This document shows positions 56,627 to 64,000 of a stretch of 64,000 nt of DNA, piece by piece. How positions within the stretch are numbered: position 1 is the first letter of the stretch; each line of letters starts with the position of its first letter. Under the pieces are notes generated by a model. That model searched no databases. It was not told where the DNA came from and saw nothing but the letters and a program-made list of their open reading frames with translations. The translations under genes were made by a program, and so were the position numbers. The stretch is from IMG/VR virus record IMGVR_UViG_3300007513_000001, positions 186,001 through 250,000 of that record, one strand, 5' to 3'.

Positions 56627-57667
56627 ATGCCCAAGAGTAAAAGATCCAACTTATTAAAAACGATAGACAGCATTCTGTTCGAAGACGTATGGCAAAAGTA
56701 CGGTTCCGAATATATGTCTCATCCAATGGATCAAAAAGATTTTGAAGATACCACAGTACCACCAAGCTTGCCCATACAAGCTTTGGATCAAATGGCAACT
56801 CAGCTTACAGTAGAGCGTCCGCCAGTTGAAGATCCCGATTATATTCCTGATGGCGTAGAAGAGCTTTCTAGATCTGCTAGCACCCTTGCGCAGCAAGTTC
56901 CGAGAGATCAAGTCGCTTTTTTCTACGAGAAGATAAAAAAAGATTTAGAAGTTGCAATTGAAAATGAAAACAATCCAGAAACAGTAACTACTAAAAAAGA
57001 AGAAGAAGAGGCGGAAGAAGCTTCGCAGGCAGTTGAAAAAATGGACGAAACTAAAAACTTAAGAAGATATTTAAAAGGTTTGCTAAAAGAACAAGGTCGA
57101 GGACCTTCTGATTGGTCTCAGTTTAAACTGGGTAAACATTATGATGAAGATGAGCCAGAGGAATGGGAACTAGAAGACGAAGATCCACAACCCGCTGGAG
57201 GCTCTAATAAAGATACTATAAAGGGCAAACACATAGCAAAATACTACGGGAAAGCTGGTCCATCAGGAGTAAACGTATCTAGCGATAGATTAATGCAGAA
57301 TTTTCTCGCCCCACTTTTTAGCGTACCCTCAGAAGATTTAAGAGATGCAATGGATTATATTCGTTATTTCTATCGCGAGCACGCTACCGGAGAAGAGCCA
57401 CAAGGATCTGAGCAGTCATTTGTGAGTTATGTTCTTAAAAAAGTGGTGAAAGATTTAGTTAAAAAGAATCCTGACATAACTCAAACTCTTTTGCCTGCGG
57501 TTGTACAGCACGTTAAAGAAATGCCAGATAAACAATTTTCAAAACTCATAGACAAAGCTTCGAAAGAATCTTCTAGTGAAATTAAAGCTAGGGGAGAACT
57601 TGCGGATACTTTAGAAAGAGAAGATCCAGAACAATTTGAGGTCCTTCAAGATTTAGGGCTAGCTTAA
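56627..57667 (+). CDS. Hypothetical protein, probable virion protein
   Basis: Late-type motif upstream; internal LRRYLKGLLKEQ motif. Confidence 0.55.
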   Translation: MPKSKRSNLLKTIDSILFEDVWQKYGSEYMSHPMDQKDFEDTTVPPSLPIQALDQMATQLTVERPPVEDPDYIPDGVEELSRSASTLAQQVPRDQVAFFYEKIKKDLEVAIENENNPETVTTKKEEEEAEEASQAVEKMDETKNLRRYLKGLLKEQGRGPSDWSQFKLGKHYDEDEPEEWELEDEDPQPAGGSNKDTIKGKHIAKYYGKAGPSGVNVSSDRLMQNFLAPLFSVPSEDLRDAMDYIRYFYREHATGEEPQGSEQSFVSYVLKKVVKDLVKKNPDITQTLLPAVVQHVKEMPDKQFSKLIDKASKESSSEIKARGELADTLEREDPEQFEVLQDLGLA

Positions 57668-58047
57668 TGAACCTTCAAGATGTCTTAAAAGAGTATTTTG
57701 AAACTGAAGATTCTCCAAGGTCTTCTTTGAATGAGAGCATGGGCATGTTTTGTTCAGTTCCGGTGCAGCCAACGCAAAGAGACGATTGGGAAGTTGTGGC
57801 TAGTCCAAACCGCTTGAATAAAACATATGAATTTGAAAATTCGCAAATTCTTAAAGCTTTTTTACTAGAAATGCTAGACTATCAAGAGTCTGTTTCTCAT
57901 CATGGTAAATTTATTGTAGATTATCCAAAGGTCACCGTAGAAGTATATACACATGATCTAGACGATGTCACTGAAATAGATTTGGAATGGTCAAAAATGG
58001 CTGACAATATATACAGAGACGTTAATGACTATGCCCCAAGATACTGA
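57667..58047 (+). CDS. Pterin-4a-carbinolamine dehydratase-like protein
   Basis: W......L.K.Y.F, HH and V.V...THD...VT..D pattern. Confidence 0.75.
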   Translation: MNLQDVLKEYFETEDSPRSSLNESMGMFCSVPVQPTQRDDWEVVASPNRLNKTYEFENSQILKAFLLEMLDYQESVSHHGKFIVDYPKVTVEVYTHDLDDVTEIDLEWSKMADNIYRDVNDYAPRY

Positions 58048-58441
58048 TCCAGAGTTGTCTAGAGTCCTTTCGAATCCAGACAACTTGATAATAAGCGAGT
58101 CTCTTCTAGAGAGGCTTCCGACAAAAAAAGAGCCCCTACTACAAAGATGCAGTTTAAAAATTAACGACGCTTTGTATTCTGGTTTTTGTTTGCAGATAAA
58201 TTTTCAAAAAGATAAAGCAAAAATTTCTATAGAGCTAGAATCTAATGAGCCTAAATTTAAATTTATAGATTCTAATTTTCCAAATTCTCTCTTTCAGCAC
58301 CGCGTTTCTATTACGTTAGACGAAGAAGAAAAAATCATAACTGGTAAACTGCTTGAAGTTTCTTATGATTTATCTCTAAGCTCTAAATGTATAATGTCGT
58401 TAGAGATATATAATTACCAATTGGAGGGTCATCATGGCTGA
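58025..58441 (+). CDS. Hypothetical protein
   Basis: ORF track; overlaps both neighbours. Confidence 0.45.
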   Translation: MTMPQDTDPELSRVLSNPDNLIISESLLERLPTKKEPLLQRCSLKINDALYSGFCLQINFQKDKAKISIELESNEPKFKFIDSNFPNSLFQHRVSITLDEEEKIITGKLLEVSYDLSLSSKCIMSLEIYNYQLEGHHG

Positions 58442-58604
58442 TGAATTCGATTTTTCTAAATTCGTGAAAGATATAGAAAAAAGAGAGAACGAAGCTAAAA
58501 AGAAAAGGCTTCAACATCAAGAAGGTCAAAAAGACCATCCTATTAGAAAGCTGAATATTCTCACTAGAGAACTATGGCAAAATCGTATTAAATGGAGAAA
58601 ATAA
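58434..58604 (+). CDS. Small 56-aa protein missing from the ORF track (MADEFDFSKFVKDIEKRE...NRIKWRK)
   Basis: GGAGG SD 6 nt upstream; its TAA overlaps the ATG of the next gene (TAATG); fills the apparent gap exactly. Confidence 0.75.
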   Translation: MADEFDFSKFVKDIEKRENEAKKKRLQHQEGQKDHPIRKLNILTRELWQNRIKWRK

Positions 58605-59254
58605 TGAATTTTTCTCAATTAGACGAAATAACAAAATCTTCAGTAACGCAAGCTATTAAAGAATTATACACTCAGCTGCTAGAAGAAAAAGAACAAACAA
58701 CACAACATAAAACATCTTCTGAAATAGATGACCTCAATCTTAGAGCTAAAAAAGAAGCTCAATCTACCGATGAAGAAGAAGAAGAAGAAAAAGTAGTAGT
58801 AAAATCTACATCTACTGAAAAAGCTTCTTCAGAAGAAAAACCTGAAATCGTCGTTCCTGAAAAGCTGCCTGACGTTTTAGAGCCAGAATCTATCATTAAA
58901 TCTATAAACGTGATAAGATCTGGAAACTCTTTAAAAGATGCGGGCGTTCAAGAGAGATTCCAAATTTATTTTGATAAATTAGATCCCGCAGAAAAAGTAG
59001 CTCTTAAGGGATTTTTAGACGGGCTCGCCCAAGTTATAGCTGGTGATATACCTGGACAAGATGCTGTTGCACCTTCGTCTCCGCCATATAACGTCTCAAT
59101 GAAAGACAAACCTTTACAAAAAAAATCTAGCGCTAAATCATCTCCAGATGCTGGGCTTGCTGTCGGCAATAGCCAACCAGACGCTCCTATTATTGTCGGA
59201 GAAAGTGCTAATAAACAATGGGTTAAAAATGTATTCTCAAAAAATAAAAAATAG
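58604..59254 (+). CDS. Hypothetical acidic protein
   Basis: TAATG coupling; N.IRSG.SL segment; LLEE motif. Confidence 0.6.
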   Translation: MNFSQLDEITKSSVTQAIKELYTQLLEEKEQTTQHKTSSEIDDLNLRAKKEAQSTDEEEEEEKVVVKSTSTEKASSEEKPEIVVPEKLPDVLEPESIIKSINVIRSGNSLKDAGVQERFQIYFDKLDPAEKVALKGFLDGLAQVIAGDIPGQDAVAPSSPPYNVSMKDKPLQKKSSAKSSPDAGLAVGNSQPDAPIIVGESANKQWVKNVFSKNKK

Positions 59255-59261
59255 TCTTTTT

Positions 59262-59390
59262 GGCGGGCGGCCGTTCCTATCTCAGGTCGACCATAGGTTA
59301 AGCTACATTTCGCTACTTTCTGGTGCTTCTCCCAGCGACTTAAGTCGCTATCAACCCCAAGCAGGATAGTTAGCTAGCCGGTCGTCCGCC
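59262..59390. ncRNA. Candidate structured non-coding RNA
   Basis: GC-rich intergenic island closed by a 12-bp helix, with several internal hairpins. Confidence 0.45.
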
Positions 59391-59411
59391 TCTTATATAG
59401 TAGATAAAATA

Positions 59412-59672
59412 ATGAAAACTCTTAGAAAACTAATAAAAGAAATGATTGCCCAAGAAGATTCTTGGAGAAGGGTGGATGGCTCTGTAGTTCCGTTTGGCTG
59501 CCCAGAGTGCGTTGATGATATTACTGGTAGAATAGAAGATACTTCTACGCTAAGAGATCAAATACCTAAGGGGTCTGCAGATCGCGCTCATTTAAATGGC
59601 GTGTTAGCTTTTTTAAGAAAAAAGAACAGACAAGCTCAAAAACTTACGCATAATTTTGAGGATAATCTGTAA
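59412..59672 (+). CDS. Hypothetical protein with CxxC
   Basis: N-terminal LRKLIKEMI motif; CPEC. Confidence 0.55.
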   Translation: MKTLRKLIKEMIAQEDSWRRVDGSVVPFGCPECVDDITGRIEDTSTLRDQIPKGSADRAHLNGVLAFLRKKNRQAQKLTHNFEDNL

Positions 59673-59697
59673 AAAACTCCCTTTTTTATGGTATAAT
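59668..59697 (+). promoter_or_regulatory. Sigma70-like extended -10 promoter
   Basis: TGTAAA-N18-TATAAT with a TG extension. Confidence 0.55.
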
Positions 59698-59722
59698 ATA
59701 TCTATAATAAGGAGTAACGTCT

Positions 59723-61003
59723 ATGGGTGGTGTAGGTAAACATCTGAGTCATACTTGGGAAAACCTTGATATGACATTTGGAGAACTAAAAGGAATTCTT
59801 TCTGAGGCAAGTCTGGGAACACTGGAGGTTGTCGAGAAGTTTGACGGAGTTAACTTGCACTTTTGCGTTGACTCTCGTGGAATTCCACGATTCGCAAGAA
59901 ACGATACGCATAAAATGGGCGGCGGTCTCAATTTGAGAGAGCTTAGAGATTTCTTTGAAGGTCACCCAGCCCAGTCAACATTTGTGCGGGGTGCTACGGC
60001 AATTTGCGAGATGCTCACCGATGTTTGGTGGCCTCTTGGATTCACACGAAGAAATTGGGTTAATTGTGACGTCATCGACACAAAGAGGCCTCAATTACTT
60101 AATTATTCTCGCCCCGCAATTACTCTTCACGAAGTCGCTTCTTTTGATTCTTCTGGCAAAAAGTTAAACGTTAGTGAAAGCGTCCAAAATCAATTTAAGC
60201 GACTCATAGAATCAATGCCAGCAGCAGTCTCTTTTGATGGAGAAGAATTCGACGTTGTTGGGCCTCAAAAGATAGAGCTCAATCCGGTTGCTGGCACAGA
60301 AATCTATGATAGCGTGCTGCAGGCTATTTCTCACTGTCAATCAGCGACGCAAGTTAATAACGAAGATACTCTTCGAGAGTTTGCTTATCGCTCTATTTAC
60401 GCTGGAGTTACAAGCCAGATGAATATTTCAGAAAGACGAGCTAAAGATCTTGCTAATCTCATTGTTGGATATGACTCTCCAAAACTAGTAGAGATTAAAA
60501 AAGGTTTAAATCCCTCAGTAGCAAAACTAGTTTCTTCTGTTGGAAGAGCTAACGTAAGAGGCAAAGTAATAGCTGAAGCAATCCTTCCTATTGAAACCGC
60601 AATATCAACCCTTGGATCTTATATGCTGGATGGAGTATCTTCGGTACTTGTAGATAATCCTTCTGGAGAATGCGATAGAATCAAACTTGAATACATTTCA
60701 GCGCGCACTGTTTGCGAAAGCATTGATGATGGATATCAAGCACAAAGAATGGAGATCGTAGAAAAACATGTAAGAAAAATAGAGCTTGAAAATTATTCTT
60801 TGGAAAATTCGACATTTCAAGGCTTTGCAATTGAGGGTGTTGTTTTCGAACAATCCGGACAAAAATACAAACTGACAGGCCACTTCGCTGCAATCAATCA
60901 AATAGTCGGAACCACTCGCTACGGCCGAGGAAAAATTCCTGCTCTTGATGGAAACTCAGCAGAAAAGCAATATTCTATTTTAGAGAATCTGTCAGTCGGA
61001 TAA
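59723..61003 (+). CDS. Ligase-type covalent nucleotidyltransferase-fold protein (DUF6267-like)
   Basis: Motif I EKFDG, motif IV EGVV and motif V YKLTG; N-terminal HLSH..E. Confidence 0.6.
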   Translation: MGGVGKHLSHTWENLDMTFGELKGILSEASLGTLEVVEKFDGVNLHFCVDSRGIPRFARNDTHKMGGGLNLRELRDFFEGHPAQSTFVRGATAICEMLTDVWWPLGFTRRNWVNCDVIDTKRPQLLNYSRPAITLHEVASFDSSGKKLNVSESVQNQFKRLIESMPAAVSFDGEEFDVVGPQKIELNPVAGTEIYDSVLQAISHCQSATQVNNEDTLREFAYRSIYAGVTSQMNISERRAKDLANLIVGYDSPKLVEIKKGLNPSVAKLVSSVGRANVRGKVIAEAILPIETAISTLGSYMLDGVSSVLVDNPSGECDRIKLEYISARTVCESIDDGYQAQRMEIVEKHVRKIELENYSLENSTFQGFAIEGVVFEQSGQKYKLTGHFAAINQIVGTTRYGRGKIPALDGNSAEKQYSILENLSVG

Positions 61004-61567
61004 TAGAGCTTCTACGTTTTGATCTACGGTGTATTGAGAATAGCCTCTGTGGGTGTACACTAGTTCCATGTCTTCGTTAATGTAGAAAAAGGTTGGCCAA
61101 CTTTCAAGAGGCCACCCGTGGGGATCTGAGGGCTTAAGTAAACTTCTGTTACCAGCTAATACTGGTTCTGATATATTAAAAGTTTCTGCCCACCAAGTCA
61201 AATTGTTTGTTGTTGGATCTTCTCCAAAACTATTTTCTATTAATACAGTTATGTAATTTATTTCTGGAAAAGCAGCTACTGTTTCATCTATTCCACCAGC
61301 TGCAGATTGACAAGGGCCACACCACATAGCAGAAAAATCTAATACGATTGGCTCTCCATAAAAATCATACAAATTAACTTCGTTTCCGTTTTGATCTTTT
61401 AGAGAAAAATTGCAAGGATGACTCCCCACTTCAGCATCACAAGAATCCCAAGTTGCAAATGGGTATGGGTCTTGTTCACCGTCATCGATAATAACTGGAG
61501 TGGGTCCGCACCCATTACATCCGATCAGGCAAGTTGCTAAAATAATTGCAGAAAGTATTTTTTTCAT
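60992..61567 (-). CDS. TlpA/thioredoxin-like lipoprotein
   Basis: Lipobox LIGC, DFSAMWCGPC and WPTF. GAGGA SD before the ATG at 61567. Confidence 0.85.
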   Translation of the reverse strand: MKKILSAIILATCLIGCNGCGPTPVIIDDGEQDPYPFATWDSCDAEVGSHPCNFSLKDQNGNEVNLYDFYGEPIVLDFSAMWCGPCQSAAGGIDETVAAFPEINYITVLIENSFGEDPTTNNLTWWAETFNISEPVLAGNRSLLKPSDPHGWPLESWPTFFYINEDMELVYTHRGYSQYTVDQNVEALLSD

Positions 61568-61586
61568 AATGTCCTCTTTGTTTTTT

Positions 61587-63197
61587 TTATTGGCAAGACC
61601 AAATAGCATAATTAATGTTTATAGAGCTTCCATCGGCAGGTGATATTGAGAAAATAATCGTATTAGAAGAAGCTTCATAAGACCAATCAGATGAAACTAC
61701 TCCATCAACAGTCACCTCTATAGTGTCTTCAATTGGTGTATCAGATAGTGCAAACGCTAGTTGAGCGAGTGATTCTCTAGCCAATGTATCCATTGTGCTG
61801 CTCCAATCCGAAGCGCATATTGACATGAAAGTTCCACCTAAATCGTTTACTACGTCATAATAACCATCGCCAAACTGCGCCCCTCCATTAGTGGAACATC
61901 CAGAAGGATAATCTCCAGCAATTGCGTGAGCAACAACGAGGTCTGAAGAGCTTTTTAAAGTGGAAAGATTAGAAGAATAATCGGATGGTGACTTCGTAGG
62001 ATCACGATATGATTGGGATCCATCAGCTTCATCAGAAACATATACCACGACTAATCTTGCATCTGTTCGAAAAAATCCAGTTGAAGAAGTTGGAGAAGCA
62101 TCTCCACCATTGGTAGATTCATACGCTGCCCATAATCCAGCTTCAAGTGCGCTTCCCCTTGTTCCAATATAGTCGATTTGATCGTTGAATTCTGTTACAG
62201 GGTCAGGTGTCGAATTAGTAATAATATCGCCTACGAAATCAGGACTATCAGTAGTGATAAGCGCTATTTGATAAGAAACCCCCGCTGCGGAGAAAGCATT
62301 CATAAATGTGTCAAAGTTGTTCTGGAGATTTGTTTGATTTCCTCCCATGGATCCGGAGTTGTCAATAACAAAAAGAATATCTACGTCTACAGTTCCATCT
62401 TGTGTAAAAGAATCTGTTACCCAAGCCTCGACTTCTCCGAGTCCGTCTTGATCTGCAAAAGCCGTTGGTGTAGCTGGATCGTTAGACGAGATTTCTATAT
62501 ATGAAGCGTCGTCTAAAGTATCTACAGGGATATAATCTACATTAAGCTCTATTGTGTCTCCAGGAGAAACAGTGATAGGTAGTGCTCCCCATGAAGATTC
62601 ATATTCTTGTATAGAAAAATCTACGGGCAAGCTGGCAAAAAACTCAATATCTGAAATTATAAGATTTGAGTTTCCGATATTTCCTATTTCTACTGGAATT
62701 GTATCATCACATCCAAGATAAATTTTTCCGAAATCGTGGTAGTCTGGAGAAACTGTAATAACTGGTGCATCTCCAGATCCATCGAGAGTAACATTAACAA
62801 TAGGCTCATCTTCATCGTTAGAAACAATGCTAATTGTTTCGTAGTTAGTCTCATATGTCCCGGGAGAGTAAGAAACTATCAGAGCTACAGAGTTCAATGG
62901 CTCCACAATGCCAGTCGGCATAGATGTCAACGCGAAATTAGAATTTCCACTATGAAGATATATGTTAGAAATGTTGAGATCACCATTGCCGACATTGTCA
63001 ATATTGATAATAACATCTTGAGTTTCACTCCCTGCGCTTAGCGCTCCATAGCTGTGATGCGTGGGGTCTACTTCAATTTCAGGTGCCGTAATTCCAGGCT
63101 CTGCAGGTTCAACGTCTGGAGATATTTTATAGTCACTAGTACAGCTAATTGAAAGCAAAAATAAAGAAGAAAAAAAGAATTTAGTCCACGTATACAT
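61587..63197 (-). CDS. Lipoprotein with two Ig-like (choice-of-anchor D/ASH-like) domains and a vWA domain
   Basis: Lipobox SISC, repeated N.G...L.I / SND....P segments, MIDAS DNSGSM and VSDE. GAGGTG SD before the ATG at 63197. Confidence 0.8.
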   Translation of the reverse strand: MYTWTKFFFSSLFLLSISCTSDYKISPDVEPAEPGITAPEIEVDPTHHSYGALSAGSETQDVIINIDNVGNGDLNISNIYLHSGNSNFALTSMPTGIVEPLNSVALIVSYSPGTYETNYETISIVSNDEDEPIVNVTLDGSGDAPVITVSPDYHDFGKIYLGCDDTIPVEIGNIGNSNLIISDIEFFASLPVDFSIQEYESSWGALPITVSPGDTIELNVDYIPVDTLDDASYIEISSNDPATPTAFADQDGLGEVEAWVTDSFTQDGTVDVDILFVIDNSGSMGGNQTNLQNNFDTFMNAFSAAGVSYQIALITTDSPDFVGDIITNSTPDPVTEFNDQIDYIGTRGSALEAGLWAAYESTNGGDASPTSSTGFFRTDARLVVVYVSDEADGSQSYRDPTKSPSDYSSNLSTLKSSSDLVVAHAIAGDYPSGCSTNGGAQFGDGYYDVVNDLGGTFMSICASDWSSTMDTLARESLAQLAFALSDTPIEDTIEVTVDGVVSSDWSYEASSNTIIFSISPADGSSININYAIWSCQ

Positions 63198-64000
63198 TAT
63201 ATCCCACCTCCACGAGAGATCCATAGTCTGGAGTAGTGTCAAGTTTTACCGTATTTGTTTCTTCTGTGTAAGTCCATTCATAAATTGGGAATCTGTCAAC
63301 ATAGACGATAATTGATTCTAAAATAGGTTCCGGTTCGCTCAACTGGATAGAGTTTTGTTGTTGGGTGAGATAAGAAGATTCCGATAGCCAAACCGACCAA
63401 TCGTCGGTTTGCAAGTCTACAGTATCTTTTCCATATAGGTTAGCTAGCTCAATATATTTGAATCCTATTTCTTGAGCCCAACCATTCCCAGTTCCATCGT
63501 CTGGATTTACAACACAGACTACATCATGTCTTACATCTTGAAATTCGTCATGCATCCAATCGTAGAATAAATCAGAGGTGATAGCGCTTTGTTCATCTTC
63601 ATCAGAAATCAAAAATAACAGAAAGTCCGCCTCTTGACGCCTGAAGTCGTATAAATCTATGTTCGAAAAAAAAGTATAAGTAGAAGCAAAACCTTCTTCT
63701 GGCATTGTCATTGGAAGAAGGCCAGGCGCCATGAGCATGTCAATCGCTGAAGACGATGCATCATACGGGCCTGTATAAGATAGGTTGCTTGGGTCCATGG
63801 TAATATACCCAAATCGATAGTCAAGAGTGAGAGATTCAATATCTGCTCTCAATATATCCATTCCGTCTGCAACATCGTCATAATTGTCGCTCATAGAACC
63901 CGAGGTATCTAGTACGACTAAGACATCTAGCTCTTCTAGCTGTACTGGTTGAATATAAGAGTCAACAACTACTCTTACTTCGTGGTTATCAGTAACTTGA
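63181..64000 (-). CDS. vWA-domain protein, paralogue of the downstream gene (5' end outside the window)
   Basis: The frame is open to the window edge and reads LDVLVVLDTSGSM (MIDAS). Also ISDEDEQS and a shared C-terminal W.Y....NT....P..G....Y domain. Confidence 0.8.
   Translation of the reverse strand, partial: QVTDNHEVRVVVDSYIQPVQLEELDVLVVLDTSGSMSDNYDDVADGMDILRADIESLTLDYRFGYITMDPSNLSYTGPYDASSSAIDMLMAPGLLPMTMPEEGFASTYTFFSNIDLYDFRRQEADFLLFLISDEDEQSAITSDLFYDWMHDEFQDVRHDVVCVVNPDDGTGNGWAQEIGFKYIELANLYGKDTVDLQTDDWSVWLSESSYLTQQQNSIQLSEPEPILESIIVYVDRFPIYEWTYTEETNTVKLDTTPDYGSLVEVGYNVYVD

Noticed and set aside
59148-59369. 73-aa ORF across the GC-rich island
   Set aside because: Non-ATG start, no SD, and it overlaps another gene. 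The base-pairing pattern explains the region better.
59262-59390. tRNA, SRP RNA or hammerhead ribozyme
   Set aside because: No TTCGA T-loop cloverleaf, SRP domain IV or CUGANGA/GAAA core in the right arrangement was found by eye.
1-64000. Stop-codon reassignment
   Set aside because: Conserved genes are full-length under code 11 and end at TAA, TAG and TGA.

Overview
A 64-kb segment of a large lytic T4-like/jumbo myovirus genome, AT-rich and in the standard genetic code. Almost all genes are on the + strand. Layout: (1) 1-18146, contractile-tail module with two tail sheaths, tube, assembly chaperone, tape measure and baseplate proteins. (2) 18191-39265, replication, repair, nucleotide and lysis genes: a short PolA, gp32-like SSB, RecA, 5'-3' exonuclease, DnaB helicase, class II RNR, ClpP, amidase, ThyX, Fpg/Nei, J-domain protein and DnaE. 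(3) 39301-50173, a tightly coupled operon that looks like a DNA base-hypermodification pathway. It encodes a cytosine-type thymidylate-synthase homologue, an all-alpha NTP-pyrophosphatase-like protein, dUTPase, an SGNH-like protein, myo-inositol-1-phosphate synthase, an FkbM methyltransferase, a HAD phosphatase, an aGPT-Pplase/HhH-fold DNA transferase, a C5-MTase with an atypical SAM motif, an epimerase and TK. (4) 50221-61003, acidic probable virion/internal proteins sharing short motifs (a pseudo-SOD, a zeta-like kinase, a PCD homologue), holin/spanin-like genes and a candidate structured ncRNA. (5) 60992-64000, minus-strand lipoproteins (TlpA and vWA proteins) that suggest a Myxococcota/Bdellovibrionota-like host. 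The best candidate for an undescribed system is an inositol-linked cytosine hypermodification pathway. All calls come from motif recognition by eye; no searches were run.
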